Shown one piece after another: positions 32,422 through 43,768 of a stretch of 64,000 nucleotides of DNA. A program made the position numbers and the translations under genes. The notes under the pieces were generated by a model that searched no databases, was not told the DNA's origin, and worked only from the letters and a program-made list of their open reading frames with translations. Position 1 is the first letter of the stretch. The number at the start of each line of letters is the position of its first letter. The stretch comes from Naegleria gruberi (lineage: Eukaryota): the NCBI GenBank assembly GCA_000004985.1, contig GG738868.1; one strand, given 5' to 3'.

Positions 32422-33694
32422 ATGTTGAAGAAGAAAATGAGAGGAAACACAATTAGAATTCTTCAAACAAATGAGTCACATTCAACACTTAATCTTACAA
32501 TACCTGGTAAAGTTTTAACTGTCCAAAATTGTTCGCAGAGAAAGTGGTTAATTCTTGGATTACACGATGGTGTTCATATTTATAATTCCGAGAATTTGAG
32601 TTTTATTGGGAAAATTGAAAGACGTGATTTTTATAACTTTCTAATAGATAGTAATGGTGAACACATGTTTTACAGGTTTTCTGATTCCGTTTCCAAAATT
32701 AGAATTGATGATAGGTCAGTTTTATGGACTGTAAAAGAAGCTGTTGAGTGTTTTACTATTTGTAAATCCAAGAATGAATTGTTCATTGCCATTGATTCAC
32801 AAATTGTTGTTTTGGACATGAACAATGGATCAGTGAAAAGGAAAATTCCATTCCTTAAGAAAGTGTTGAAATGTCTCTATATTACCTATGATGAAGTGAA
32901 TGAAAGGATTTATCTATAGGTCAACAAAGAAGATTCTTTTAAAAATGGCTTTTCAGAAAGCACCAACAAACTGTTAGTAATTGAGGAAAAAACCGAATCA
33001 CAAGTTGAGGTTGTATGTCTACATGACAAGGTTAATTTCATTCTATTCTGTGGAAAGTATTATATTGTAAACACTTCATTTCTGACATTGGCTATCTGTT
33101 TGATAGGAAAACTAACGAGTTTCTGATCAAGTTTAGATTTGGATAACAAAATTATTTTTGACCCATTTTGATGACTCGACTAACAGTTTATTCTACAAAA
33201 TGGACTCGAAAATAGGTGTTGCAAAGTTCCAGATTAAGGAAGTTATAGCTGATCTTCCACTTAATAAGAAAATATGTCAAGCTCTTGAGAAATTGGGAGG
33301 AAAATTGCCATCCATTATTTCCAAATTACAATTCCATGACGAGTTCATTATTCCTGAATGTTTACGATATCTATTTCATGTTGTCTTTCCATTGGCTTCT
33401 AAATTATTATATTGTGACAAAGAGGTTACAAAAGTTGTTTCGTTTATTCATGTAAAAACGGCTGAACTATTGTTGGAGCATGATTTGTTCTATATTGGAA
33501 ATCCTTTTCCCATTAATGATCCGAAATCAGCTAGTCTCTATGTAAAGAAAGCAGAAATATCCAAAGTGTCAAACAATGGTGATTTTCCAATTTATTTGCG
33601 TTATAGAATTGATGAAAATTCTCATATTCGATACATAACTAAGAGTTTCCTATTCTCAGAGTTTATTTCTAAAGTGAGAATTGAATATTTCTAA
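32422..33694 (+). CDS. Hypothetical protein-coding region; exon structure unresolved (ORFs 32422..32919 and 33158..33694 plus coding-like sequence between them)
   Basis: Two substantial ORFs lie in the same orientation. The 240 nt between them also reads as coding (LVIEEKTESQVEVVCLHDKVNFILFCGKYYIVNTSF) but in another frame with stops. This suggests a single gene with one or more short introns. No family recognised. Confidence 0.3.
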
Positions 33695-34103
33695 CATAAT
33701 TCCTTGGAGTGCCATCTCATTATTCTGAAAGTTCAGTTTACAATCAAACAAGTCAATTCTCTTATCAAAAGTCCTTGTTTCCTATAAAATTGTAAATACA
33801 GATTGTCGCTAACAATAGGATTCATCAATTCAGATTCAATCTCAAAAATACGATTGCTTCACTTCTTTCCTTTTGCATTGGTCAATATTACCGGCTCCAC
33901 AATCAGGTATGGGATTCTGTGGTTGGAGGGAATTGAATGTGGAAGCAACTAGCCTGTAAACTCCAACATGTAACAGCATCCACCATCTTGTTGATTATTA
34001 TGAGAAACTGAGTATCAAGGATCAACTTCCAATTATAATGAGTTTCATTCGTGGTTGGAGCCAATCATAGATTTGGACAAATTGAGTAATTTATTGTTGG
34101 TAC

Positions 34104-37100
34104 TTAAATGCCAATTTTTAAGGACTTGCCAAGATTATTTTGTGAAAAATCAAAAACTTGTGAAAAGAATTCATATTCACTAGTCAATACAAATCTTGAA
34201 AAGGTATCAGAAAGATTCATAATGACATTATCTCTCAAATTCAAAAAACATTCATCAGCTTGTTCTTTCATTGGATTATTCTGCTTTAAATCAACCATTT
34301 CACTCTCTTGATTATTAGAAACTTGAAGCAGTTTCTTAAACTCTTTCGAACAAGAAGATGGAATATTAACTTCCATTTCAGAACCATTCTTGATATAGGT
34401 ATTGTAAATTCTTTCAATGAAATTGTTGATATCGTTTGCATTATTCGAATCCAATTTCTCCTTCTCTTGCAAATCCAAAAACAAGTACAAATTTTCAACA
34501 CTAAATTCCTTCCTGCAAAAAGCTTCAAATATTTCTCTTCCATATGAGTTTCCAATCAATTCCAACATTTCTCTATTTTCTTCTTGATCAGAAACCAGAG
34601 TTTCTGGAACTTTTCTCAATTTGAACCTAATCTTATTCGAAATGATAATCAATAGAGAATATCCACCAAACACCAGAATATAAACAGCCACATAGACCAC
34701 TTCAAATATGAATGCAATCACATCATTGGTCAGAACATTTCTATAACTCTGTTCATTATCATATCTGAAAGGAAGTGTACTCATTCCCAATGATTGATTT
34801 ACAATCAACAAGATGAAAAACACAATGTACAATAACATTTCACCTCTGAAATAGAGTGGTGTATCCATTGAGATGAGCCATTTGTGAATTCCCATTGAGG
34901 AAATTTTTTCCTTAACGATTTGTAAATCAACTTTTGTCTTTTTTGTTTCTTCTATTGATTTCTTATTGGACGAATGTTGCTTAATCATGGAATAAATGAA
35001 ATCCACAACTGCAGTGCCTGAAATGACAAGACTCAATGCAAATATGATAATAATATATGAAATGGAAATGATATAGGTATAGGCAGTAAGTGAAATGACA
35101 TCACATCTTCTTAAAATAACCCACAATGTCCAATAAAGTAAATTCAAAATGACAAATGTCAACAGAATGGAATTAACAACCTTTTTAGATGTGAATCTTT
35201 TAAGGTTTTTCAATAAACTTGATTGTGAAATATTGGATTGACTCTTTCTTAGTTGATGGAGAATATTGTAAAGATATTTCATTAATTGGAATCTCAATAC
35301 TTGAATGAGGTATGCAAGAATTGCTGTTAAATTCAAAGTATTTACAAAAATCATTACAATATTTGCAATCCAATTAGCAGCAAGATCACCACTTGACCAA
35401 TTCGTTGAATCTTTAAATAATTGATCAACTAGAACACTTCTCTGAATAATATAGATCAATAAACTTTCCACCATTAAGGCAATCATTCCCAAATAAGGAG
35501 TTGATAATCTAGAAATCAAAGGTTGACTTTTTCTAAATATTATCATTAAAATCAACACAGTGATTGAAATGATAAAGTAGAAAATACCCAAAGAAATTTG
35601 CCCATAATAAAGAGAAGCAACTTGACGTTTCGTATTATCACTTAGTGGAATAGTCTTTTGTTCGAGGAAGGTTGTAAAGAGTGTTGTGTGATTGCAAGCA
35701 CATTGAACAATTCTAGTTTCTAAATTGAAAGAATAGAGATAACATCCCTCATCACTCCAGGTTCCTGAACTTTCTTCCAAATAAGTACATGTGAAATTGT
35801 AATTGGAAGAATTTTGTAATTTTTCAAGAATGTTTTGATCCGTCAATTTGAATTCAATGATAATTGGATTGGCAAGATTCTCCAATTTTACCACTTTTTG
35901 ATTCTTTAAAAATTTGAAATCTGTTGTAATTGAAATTCCTTCACTTGTTCCATTATTATTCGAATAAGAATTGTTGAAAAGATTCGAATAGGTTAATAAA
36001 GAAACAGCACATTCACTGGAATAGGCAACATTTTGTGAAATGATATAAGAAGCATTAAAGGAAACACTTGTTTGATCTTGTTCCACTTTTTGGTTGACCA
36101 ATTGAGTGGAAGCACTTGAAATTACAAAAGCTGAAATTGTCATGTTAATATTCGATGAGGAATATGAGCTAACCACCAAACTACCATCATTAGTATCCAC
36201 ATACGTGACCAATTGACCAAGAATAATAAGATCAGCCAAATTCTGAGCTAATTCTCTTGAATTTGACAGTAAAAGTTCAGCACCAAGAAATTGAGAAGCA
36301 TACGAAAGGATTGAATTGACATTGCTGTTGGAAATCTTTGAATTAACATATCCATAGCTTGATTTACTTGTATTGTAACGGTTATACGAGTAGGATACAA
36401 GTTCTGATAATTTCGATAATGTAGTATTAGCAATAGTTTCGTCCAATTGAGTTTTTGAAATAATTTCTGAAAGACTTGACAAGGCAGATGAAGGATCACT
36501 TCCGCTAACATCTATATTACTCAATAAAGAAGCATAATACGTTGTAGATGAAGAGAATGACACGTCATAAATCAATGAAGTAATCAAATTGAAGTTTGTT
36601 CCAGAATTTGAAGAAATTTTTGAATATTCTTCCATGGTTCCATTGAAAAAAGCGACAAGTATGGATAATGATGAAGATTTGGAGTAATAATTGCCCAAAC
36701 TATCCATTACAATGATTCCCAATGAAATAGTTTCGCCAACATTCGGTAAAACAATTGACCGATTCAAATCCTGTGAAAAATCAGTAATTCTAATGGAACT
36801 TAGTTTTGAACTTGAGAATGTAATGGCATATTTCAATGGAAGTAACATTGAATCTGCACTCCATGGATTAATATTCAAGTTTACAATTTCCTTAATTGCT
36901 GAACATTTGGTTGAATTTGAATTCAATAAATTGTTTGGTGATTTTGGAGGAATTCTGAATTGTAATTCGAAAGAGGAATATAAACTAACACTGTCTATTT
37001 GTAGAGAAGCAGTTGCAGTGGATGAAAATCCAAATGTTAATGATGTGAAATTCACTGAAATTTGATTGGAAATTGAAATTGTTGGGAAAAGTGTTAAAAT

Positions 37101-40100
37101 TCCACTTTGAGTATTTTGAATTGAAATTCCAGTAAATGTTTTTGCTGAATTGGAGATTTGAACAGTAAAAGTTACTACTGAGCTAGTGAGTTTCAAAGAA
37201 TCAATAATTGTTTGGTCAACTGAAAGTTTAGAAATAATCAAATCAAAATTAACAAGATCACTTTTCGCAATATAGTAAGAAGGAAGTCCTAGAATCGAAA
37301 AAGGTCTTTCACAAATTGAAGAATATGCATTACAATAGGGTGTGAGCTTTCGAATAACACTATTTTCAGTATCAGCAAAATATAGCTCACCACTTGGTCC
37401 AATAGAAACAGTTCCTGGAGCATTCAATGAAGCAAGTGAAGCTAATCCATTATCTCCTTTGTATCCATTCGAAAGAGTTCCTGCAATTGTATAAATTGTA
37501 CCGTTTGTCAACACTTTACGAATTCTATTGGTTTCGGATATATAAATTTCTCCTCCTGAACTAATCGAAACTCCCACAGGAAGACTCAATTTAGCTGTAG
37601 TAGCTAAACCATTATCTCCACCATAACCATTTGTTCCAGTTCCAGCAATTGTAGTTATAGTTCCATTTGTGAAAACCTTTCGAATACGATTATTGGAATA
37701 GTCTGCAATAATTAATTCACCATTTGAACTCACAGCTACATCCTTAGGATTATTCAACTGTGCACTAGTTGCCTGACCTCCATCTCCTGCATATCCACCA
37801 ATTCCATTTCCAGCAATTGTAATTATCGTTCCATTTGTGAAAATCTTTCGAATTCTATGATTACCTGTGTCAGCAATGTAAATTTCTCCACTATTCGAAA
37901 TATCAAATAAAGTTGATACTAAAAAAGCGTTGCTAGCATTCAATCCATCTCCTATTCCTCCAGCAATGGTAGAAACCATTCCAGTAGTTGCCAAAATTTT
38001 ACGAATCTTCCAAGAAGAAGTTGTTTCACAAACTATCAAATTTTCACTCGAATCAAAAGTCAAACCAACAGGGTAAGCAAAATTAGTAATTGATTCATGT
38101 AAACCATCGCCGTTATATTCACTTCGACCTGTTCCTGCTATATTGGAAATTATACCAGTAACGCTAGATATAACTCGAATACGATGATTGTAATTATCTG
38201 AAATGTAAATATCACCTGTTGAACTAATTGCAATTCCGGCTGGATAAGATAATTGTGCATTGGATGCTTTCCCACCATCTCCTCCATAGGTACAAGTACC
38301 TGCTTTACCAGATATGGTAGTAATGGTACCATTCGAATAAATTTTACGAATCACACAATATACTATATCGGTAAAATAAACATTTCCTGAATTGAATAAA
38401 ACTGAAGAAGGATAACCAATGGTTGCATTGGAACCCAATCCATTGTCACCACTAAATCCATTCGTTCCAGTTCCAGCAATTGTTACGATGGTTCCATTTG
38501 TGAAAATCTTTCGAATACGATAATTACCAGCATCTGCAATGTAAATTTCATTATTTGCACCAATGGAAACATCAACAGGACTATAAAGTGATGCATTTGC
38601 GGCATCTATTCCATCTCCATTGTAAATAGTGTTTCCATTTCCTGCAATGGTTGTAATTATTCCATTATTCGAAACTTTACGAATTCTATGATTACCATAA
38701 TCAGCAATGTATAATTCTCCACTAGAAGAAATGGCAATTCCATTTGGTCTATTCAAGCATGTATTCACAGCAAGTCCTCCATCTCCACAAAATCCTGCAG
38801 TACCATTACCAGCAATAGTTGTAATTATTCCATTATTAGAAACCTTTCGAATACGATGATTATTCATATCACTAATAATTAGTTCACCATTCGTAGAATT
38901 AATAACACAATGTGATGGATAGTTCATAATAGCACTGGTTGCTGGAATATTATCTCCATTGTAAAAGATAGCTCCTGCCAATTTAACAGCAGGTCCATAA
39001 TTTAGATTAACAATTCTATCAATATACGAAACACTATTGGAAGTGTACATGACGTACATGTCATTATTAAAGAATTTGATTGAATTTGGATTGGAATAGG
39101 TCTGTATAATCGTTGTGTATCCAACAGTTCCAGCAAGTGTTGTAATCAAATTGGAAGTTAAATTAATTTGTCTGAATTGACCACTGCTGTCAGCAAATGA
39201 CAATTGATTGTTATTTAAAGACATTGAGCCAATTGGAGAAATGAATGCTGGAATTGCTGGGACATTATTTCCAAAACTACTGGTTCCTCCTGCAATCGTT
39301 GTAATTTTTCCACTGGACGAAACCTTTCTAATTCTATTGTTATTACTATCGGCAATATAAAATTCATTATTTGACGAATCAATTGCAATTCCAACAGGAT
39401 TATTAAGGGTTGCAATGGTTGCATCAATACCGTCATAATTATAACCAGATTGTCCATCACCTGCAATACTTGAAATTATCCCACTAGTAGCCGAAACCTT
39501 TCTAATTCTTTGGTAACTATCAGAAAAGTATAAATCATTACTTTTAGTCAGTGCAACAGATAATGGAAATCGAATAGGTGCATTATTAGCTAGGCTTCCA
39601 TCTGGACTGTTTGCAGCCTCTCCAGTTCCTACAATAGTTACAATAGTTCCACTTGAATAAACCTTTCGAATACGATTATTCACTAAATCTGCAAAAACAA
39701 TATTACCATCCGAGTCAATAGCCACACCAAAAGGTGTATTCAACATGGCATTCACAGCTGGTCCTCCATCTCCTGAATATCCACCTGTTCCATTTCCTGC
39801 AATAGTTGTAATCATTCCATTATTCGAAATCTTTCGAATACGATTATTGAGAGTATCAGCAATAAATACTTCACCACCAGAAGAAACAGCAATACCAATA
39901 GGATAACCCAACTGAGCACTTGTAGCAGGGATATTATCTCCATTGTAATTTGGCTCACCATTTCCTGCAATGGTTGTGATGGTACCATTCGAATAAATTT
40001 TACGAATTCGATGATTTGCATAATCAGCAAAATATACTTCACCACTTGTTGGATGGAAAGCAACACCATGTGGACTATTTACTGTGGCTTTGGTAGCATC

Positions 40101-40442
40101 TATTCCGTCTCCGTTATATCCTGCTTGACCATTACCGGCTATTGTAGAAATAATTCCATTATTCGAAATCTTTCTAATACGATTGTTGAGAGTATCAGCA
40201 ATAACAATCACACCAGAATAATAGGCAACATCTCTAACAGAATTTAACAAGGCATTCACAGCTGGTAGTCCATCACCAACAGAATTTCCTCCACCAGCCA
40301 CAGTTGTAATGTTATACGAAACTACCGACGAAACCGATTGACCACTCACACAACAACATGCGAGAATCACCACAAAAAGACTCAACCACACATCATGGCG
40401 TGTCCTTATTGTCATTTCGTTTTTTTTGATGTTCAATGTCAT
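34104..40442 (-). CDS. Giant single-exon receptor: signal peptide + ~30 NHL repeats + Ser/Thr-rich stalk + GPS/GAIN-like motif + 7TM + C-terminal RGS domain
   Basis: 2112-aa uninterrupted ORF. A signal peptide is present (MTIRTRHDVWLSLFVVILACCCVSG; an alternative ATG lies 27 nt upstream). The unit NNRIRK(I/V)(S/F).NG.I(T/S)TIAG.G...GDGG.A..A.LN.P.GVA repeats about 30 times. A long S/T/N-rich region follows. CACNHTTLFTTF (C-x-C-x-H-x-T-x-F) sits immediately before 7 hydrophobic helices. The C-terminal REIFEAFCRKEFSVENLYLFLDLQEK...FVLTSEYEFF matches an RGS box. Confidence 0.75.
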   Translation of the reverse strand: MTLNIKKNEMTIRTRHDVWLSLFVVILACCCVSGQSVSSVVSYNITTVAGGGNSVGDGLPAVNALLNSVRDVAYYSGVIVIADTLNNRIRKISNNGIISTIAGNGQAGYNGDGIDATKATVNSPHGVAFHPTSGEVYFADYANHRIRKIYSNGTITTIAGNGEPNYNGDNIPATSAQLGYPIGIAVSSGGEVFIADTLNNRIRKISNNGMITTIAGNGTGGYSGDGGPAVNAMLNTPFGVAIDSDGNIVFADLVNNRIRKVYSSGTIVTIVGTGEAANSPDGSLANNAPIRFPLSVALTKSNDLYFSDSYQRIRKVSATSGIISSIAGDGQSGYNYDGIDATIATLNNPVGIAIDSSNNEFYIADSNNNRIRKVSSSGKITTIAGGTSSFGNNVPAIPAFISPIGSMSLNNNQLSFADSSGQFRQINLTSNLITTLAGTVGYTTIIQTYSNPNSIKFFNNDMYVMYTSNSVSYIDRIVNLNYGPAVKLAGAIFYNGDNIPATSAIMNYPSHCVINSTNGELIISDMNNHRIRKVSNNGIITTIAGNGTAGFCGDGGLAVNTCLNRPNGIAISSSGELYIADYGNHRIRKVSNNGIITTIAGNGNTIYNGDGIDAANASLYSPVDVSIGANNEIYIADAGNYRIRKIFTNGTIVTIAGTGTNGFSGDNGLGSNATIGYPSSVLFNSGNVYFTDIVYCVIRKIYSNGTITTISGKAGTCTYGGDGGKASNAQLSYPAGIAISSTGDIYISDNYNHRIRVISSVTGIISNIAGTGRSEYNGDGLHESITNFAYPVGLTFDSSENLIVCETTSSWKIRKILATTGMVSTIAGGIGDGLNASNAFLVSTLFDISNSGEIYIADTGNHRIRKIFTNGTIITIAGNGIGGYAGDGGQATSAQLNNPKDVAVSSNGELIIADYSNNRIRKVFTNGTITTIAGTGTNGYGGDNGLATTAKLSLPVGVSISSGGEIYISETNRIRKVLTNGTIYTIAGTLSNGYKGDNGLASLASLNAPGTVSIGPSGELYFADTENSVIRKLTPYCNAYSSICERPFSILGLPSYYIAKSDLVNFDLIISKLSVDQTIIDSLKLTSSVVTFTVQISNSAKTFTGISIQNTQSGILTLFPTISISNQISVNFTSLTFGFSSTATASLQIDSVSLYSSFELQFRIPPKSPNNLLNSNSTKCSAIKEIVNLNINPWSADSMLLPLKYAITFSSSKLSSIRITDFSQDLNRSIVLPNVGETISLGIIVMDSLGNYYSKSSSLSILVAFFNGTMEEYSKISSNSGTNFNLITSLIYDVSFSSSTTYYASLLSNIDVSGSDPSSALSSLSEIISKTQLDETIANTTLSKLSELVSYSYNRYNTSKSSYGYVNSKISNSNVNSILSYASQFLGAELLLSNSRELAQNLADLIILGQLVTYVDTNDGSLVVSSYSSSNINMTISAFVISSASTQLVNQKVEQDQTSVSFNASYIISQNVAYSSECAVSLLTYSNLFNNSYSNNNGTSEGISITTDFKFLKNQKVVKLENLANPIIIEFKLTDQNILEKLQNSSNYNFTCTYLEESSGTWSDEGCYLYSFNLETRIVQCACNHTTLFTTFLEQKTIPLSDNTKRQVASLYYGQISLGIFYFIISITVLILMIIFRKSQPLISRLSTPYLGMIALMVESLLIYIIQRSVLVDQLFKDSTNWSSGDLAANWIANIVMIFVNTLNLTAILAYLIQVLRFQLMKYLYNILHQLRKSQSNISQSSLLKNLKRFTSKKVVNSILLTFVILNLLYWTLWVILRRCDVISLTAYTYIISISYIIIIFALSLVISGTAVVDFIYSMIKQHSSNKKSIEETKKTKVDLQIVKEKISSMGIHKWLISMDTPLYFRGEMLLYIVFFILLIVNQSLGMSTLPFRYDNEQSYRNVLTNDVIAFIFEVVYVAVYILVFGGYSLLIIISNKIRFKLRKVPETLVSDQEENREMLELIGNSYGREIFEAFCRKEFSVENLYLFLDLQEKEKLDSNNANDINNFIERIYNTYIKNGSEMEVNIPSSCSKEFKKLLQVSNNQESEMVDLKQNNPMKEQADECFLNLRDNVIMNLSDTFSRFVLTSEYEFFSQVFDFSQNNLGKSLKIGI

Positions 40443-40883
40443 TATTCTCTAAAAAGGAAGTTTTTTCAATGAGAATGTTACAAGATATTAACAAACTTTC
40501 TATTAAGTTCCTGATTTTGTAAATTTGTAGAATTGTAACATGATGTCTACAGTACTGGGGATAATTAGGTTTGTTTTTATCACAGCAAATTGCATGTCAA
40601 TCTTTAAGATCTTTCCTATATAATGAAAATAGGACAAATAATTGGCGATCCTTCTTCGATGAGATTGGAGCTAGTTACAGCATTTCTAGCTCATGATAAT
40701 TCATTAATTGTGGGTATAATGCATTGAATTTTTATGGATTTGAGAATGATAATATTATTAGTTTAGCATGTGGAAAAAATCACTTTATTGCCAGATCGAA
40801 ACGAGATTTAATTGAATATCTTCAATTTTGTGGTCGAACAAATAAGGGTCCACCAATCGTTCCAACAGCCGTTTTCAAAAAAA

Positions 40884-41678
40884 ATGAGCAAACAACAACA
40901 AAACAACGCCGACACTATCACTCTCTACGGCAATCACATTAGCCAACCATCCCGAGCCATAATGTGGTTCATGTTATTGAATCAAATTCCTCACGAATTT
41001 AAATTAATTAAATTGGAGAAGGGAGAACATTTGAAGCCGGAATATAAGGAAATTAATCCAATGCAACAAGTACCTTCATTATCCATTTCATCATCTACAT
41101 CATATTCGGATCAGAAGGTTACTGTTAATTTGTTTGAAAGTCAAGCAATTTTAATTCACTTGATACATAAATATAGAAGACAATACAAGATTGCTGATTC
41201 ATGGTATCCAAATCCACATTCTGAGTTGATGGTTCATACAAAGATTAATCAATATTTGAATTATCATTTAGCATCATTGAGGATGGGAATTGCTGGATGG
41301 GCTTGGGAAGCTGCTATTGGACCAAATGCTTTTGGCACTGAGAGAAGTGAAAGAAAAATTGAATCTTTCAAGAAGAAGGGAATGAAAGTATTGAAACAAC
41401 TTGATACCTATTGGTTGAAGAAACAAGATGAAAAATGTGGAGATTACTTGTGTGGACAAGAGAAAATGTCAATTGCTGACTTGTTATTGTACAGTGAATT
41501 GATGCAATTGTTGCTGATTGTTGAATCAGCCACATTGTGGGAATCTGACTTGTTGAAAGCCTTTCCAAATGTTGCTAAATGGGCACAAATCATGTCACAA
41601 ACTCCACACCACGATAAGATTTTCCAAATTCTCTTCTTGCTTAAAGCAAAGACCTCTTCAAAACCTTCCAAATTGTAA
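40884..41678 (+). CDS. Glutathione S-transferase (theta/zeta-like, thioredoxin-fold N-domain)
   Basis: ITLYGNHISQPSRAIMWFMLLNQIPHEFKLIKLEKGEHLKPEYKEINPMQQVPSL and ESQAILIHLIHKY match the GST N-terminal motifs. An alpha-helical C-domain follows. The ATG at 40884 follows an A-run. Confidence 0.7.
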   Translation: MSKQQQNNADTITLYGNHISQPSRAIMWFMLLNQIPHEFKLIKLEKGEHLKPEYKEINPMQQVPSLSISSSTSYSDQKVTVNLFESQAILIHLIHKYRRQYKIADSWYPNPHSELMVHTKINQYLNYHLASLRMGIAGWAWEAAIGPNAFGTERSERKIESFKKKGMKVLKQLDTYWLKKQDEKCGDYLCGQEKMSIADLLLYSELMQLLLIVESATLWESDLLKAFPNVAKWAQIMSQTPHHDKIFQILFLLKAKTSSKPSKL

Positions 41679-41700
41679 AATAACTCATTGTAAAATTTAT

Positions 41701-43563
41701 TTACATGCTTACCCTGGTTGATTCTTGTTCACGTGAATTTGTCTTTCCAGATAGTGATGTAGCATAAATGTCAGTGGAATAATTCTGCTCATATGATGGA
41801 TTGGTAGTGGTTCCACTCGTTGTTGTGAACCCAGTTAATATTCCACTATTTTCACTATCCTCATTCAACAATTTACCATTCTTTCTATTCCTCAAATTAC
41901 GAATTGGATCAATAAGACGTTGATAACATTCAGAAAATTTGGACTTGTCGAAAATAATGATAATAATCACAACAAATGTGGAAATGTTTGCAAAATTACT
42001 GACAATTTCCAAATAGAAACTGCTGATGAAAAAGTAAGCATTGGTACCAAATTGTCTTCCAAGGAAATTGCACAAACAAGCAACCAATGAAACCAACGAA
42101 AGCCCACAATATAATGAGAATTGAAACATGTACTATATTTCAATATATTAAATTGGAAAATTCAATGAAATTCTTGCACGTACCTTTGATTTGTAAAATG
42201 AAATGTGAGTCTTTTCCTGCAATTGATCACCCAACTTTTTGGCAATGTAAATGAAAACTAAAAAGTTTACAATCCATGGCAGAGAATAAGACACATAGGA
42301 CATTCCAGTAAGGATAATATTGACCTGTTGTGTCTCCAATTCATAAATAAGATATGAAACAATGTAAATGGCACATAGTGAATTGCAAACAAAACTAAAC
42401 CCAATCAATATAAGAGCAACTAGGGAATTCTTATTATCTCCAGCTTTGAGGAATTGACAAATTCTATCAAAGACCAACAGAACAGCCAGGGAACCATAAT
42501 GTGTGAAAAAGACATTCAAACTCAAAGCAATTGACGTTGTAAAGTAGAGAGTATCAAAACTATCGTACGTAGGATTCCAAAACATCATACAGGCAACCAC
42601 AACACAAATTGATTGCAACAAGATGATTATTGCACACAAGGCATTCAAAACTCGTAGCTTTCTCCGTATAATCATGGTTACAAATTCAGGAACAACATAG
42701 CCCAATATTGCAAACGGACACAAAGGTATTGAAATAAGCAATGACAGAATAAACTTGATCATATTGACAGCATCAGTTCTCAATAGAGAATTCATCACTG
42801 GATCACATAAATTTGAATAGATATCAAACCTATGACAATAGCAAAGAAATGGCGTCCTCAATCTCTCAAAATATTGATCCATAAAATAGACAGGAAACCC
42901 TGTTTGAACAGCTTCACAAAAGAAGGAAGATGGAAATCGTGTAAAAGAAGGACACTTGGATTTCTTTGTATCCGAATAATTGTCCATATCAATAATTAAA
43001 GTATGAAATTCCAAAAAATCCTTTCCCTCACTACAATATTGACAATAGTTCAATAATTCGTATTTAACCGTACTATTTTCGCCATTACAAAATGTTTCTA
43101 CACAGCTCACATTAGAATATTTTGCACACAAATCAAAATGGTCTCCCATAGGTTTAACAGGAGAGAATAAATTAGAATTCCTATCCTCCACATAGGCAGT
43201 TCCAAATGGTATCGACATTATCTTATCTGGAAAGTACACTTGTCGACATCCAAATCCAAAAGGTAAATCATAAAACTCAATAAAATTATCATTAATAAAT
43301 ATCTTCCTACTCGTTCCATTATCCGATCGTTCTATATAGGAACAATCCATCCATCTGTAGAATACATCAGAAGATTCCCTTCCAATGACAAAATCCCCAA
43401 TAATAAAAATCATCATGATGGTCGAATACAATATTATTTTCATCAAGGAAATATTCTTCTTCATCAGCCTACTACTAGTACTATCAATGAAATTCTGATG
43501 ATGACCAGAAGCAACGGGTGCTCTTAAAAGTCGCGACATTTTTTTGTGGTTGTTTTTAACCAT
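41701..43563 (-). CDS. Cys-rich-ectodomain 7TM receptor-like protein, paralog A; 2 exons 42184..43563 and 41701..42132
   Basis: An N-terminal signal-anchor TM is followed by a Cys-rich ectodomain (DLPFGFGC, SIPFGT, CQYC, CPSF, FLCYCH) and then 7 TM helices. LVFDRICQFL lies after TM3. A 51-nt phase-0 intron 42133..42183 (GTACGT...TATAG) is present. The last exon aligns with the C-terminus of paralog B. Confidence 0.65.
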
Positions 43564-43768
43564 TACGGCAAATTTACGGAGCTTTTTTGGTTACTCCTTA
43601 GAATTTGGCAATTTTATTGTAAAGAGGAAGAAAGTACGTTCTTAGAGGAAAGGTTTTAAGTGGAGCACTTGGCTGTGCAAGGACAAATTAAATAACTCTT
43701 CCCATAAGTTTCCCAGAAGGTTCCATCTCAAAATTTAACATAAAAATCTTACAATATTTAGAAGATTT

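Noticed and set aside
32099-32428. 109-aa ORF upstream of the 32422 gene
   Set aside because: It overlaps the start of the next ORF in another frame and has low-complexity K-rich content. It is more likely 5' UTR or an upstream exon fragment, so it is not called separately.
34104-40442. Thought that the ~30-fold repetition might be a tandem DNA repeat or satellite rather than a gene
   Set aside because: The repeats are conserved only at the protein level (NHL consensus), with divergent nucleotide sequences and variable spacers. A single 6.3-kb ORF with a signal peptide, 7TM and RGS runs through them, which is not consistent with satellite DNA.
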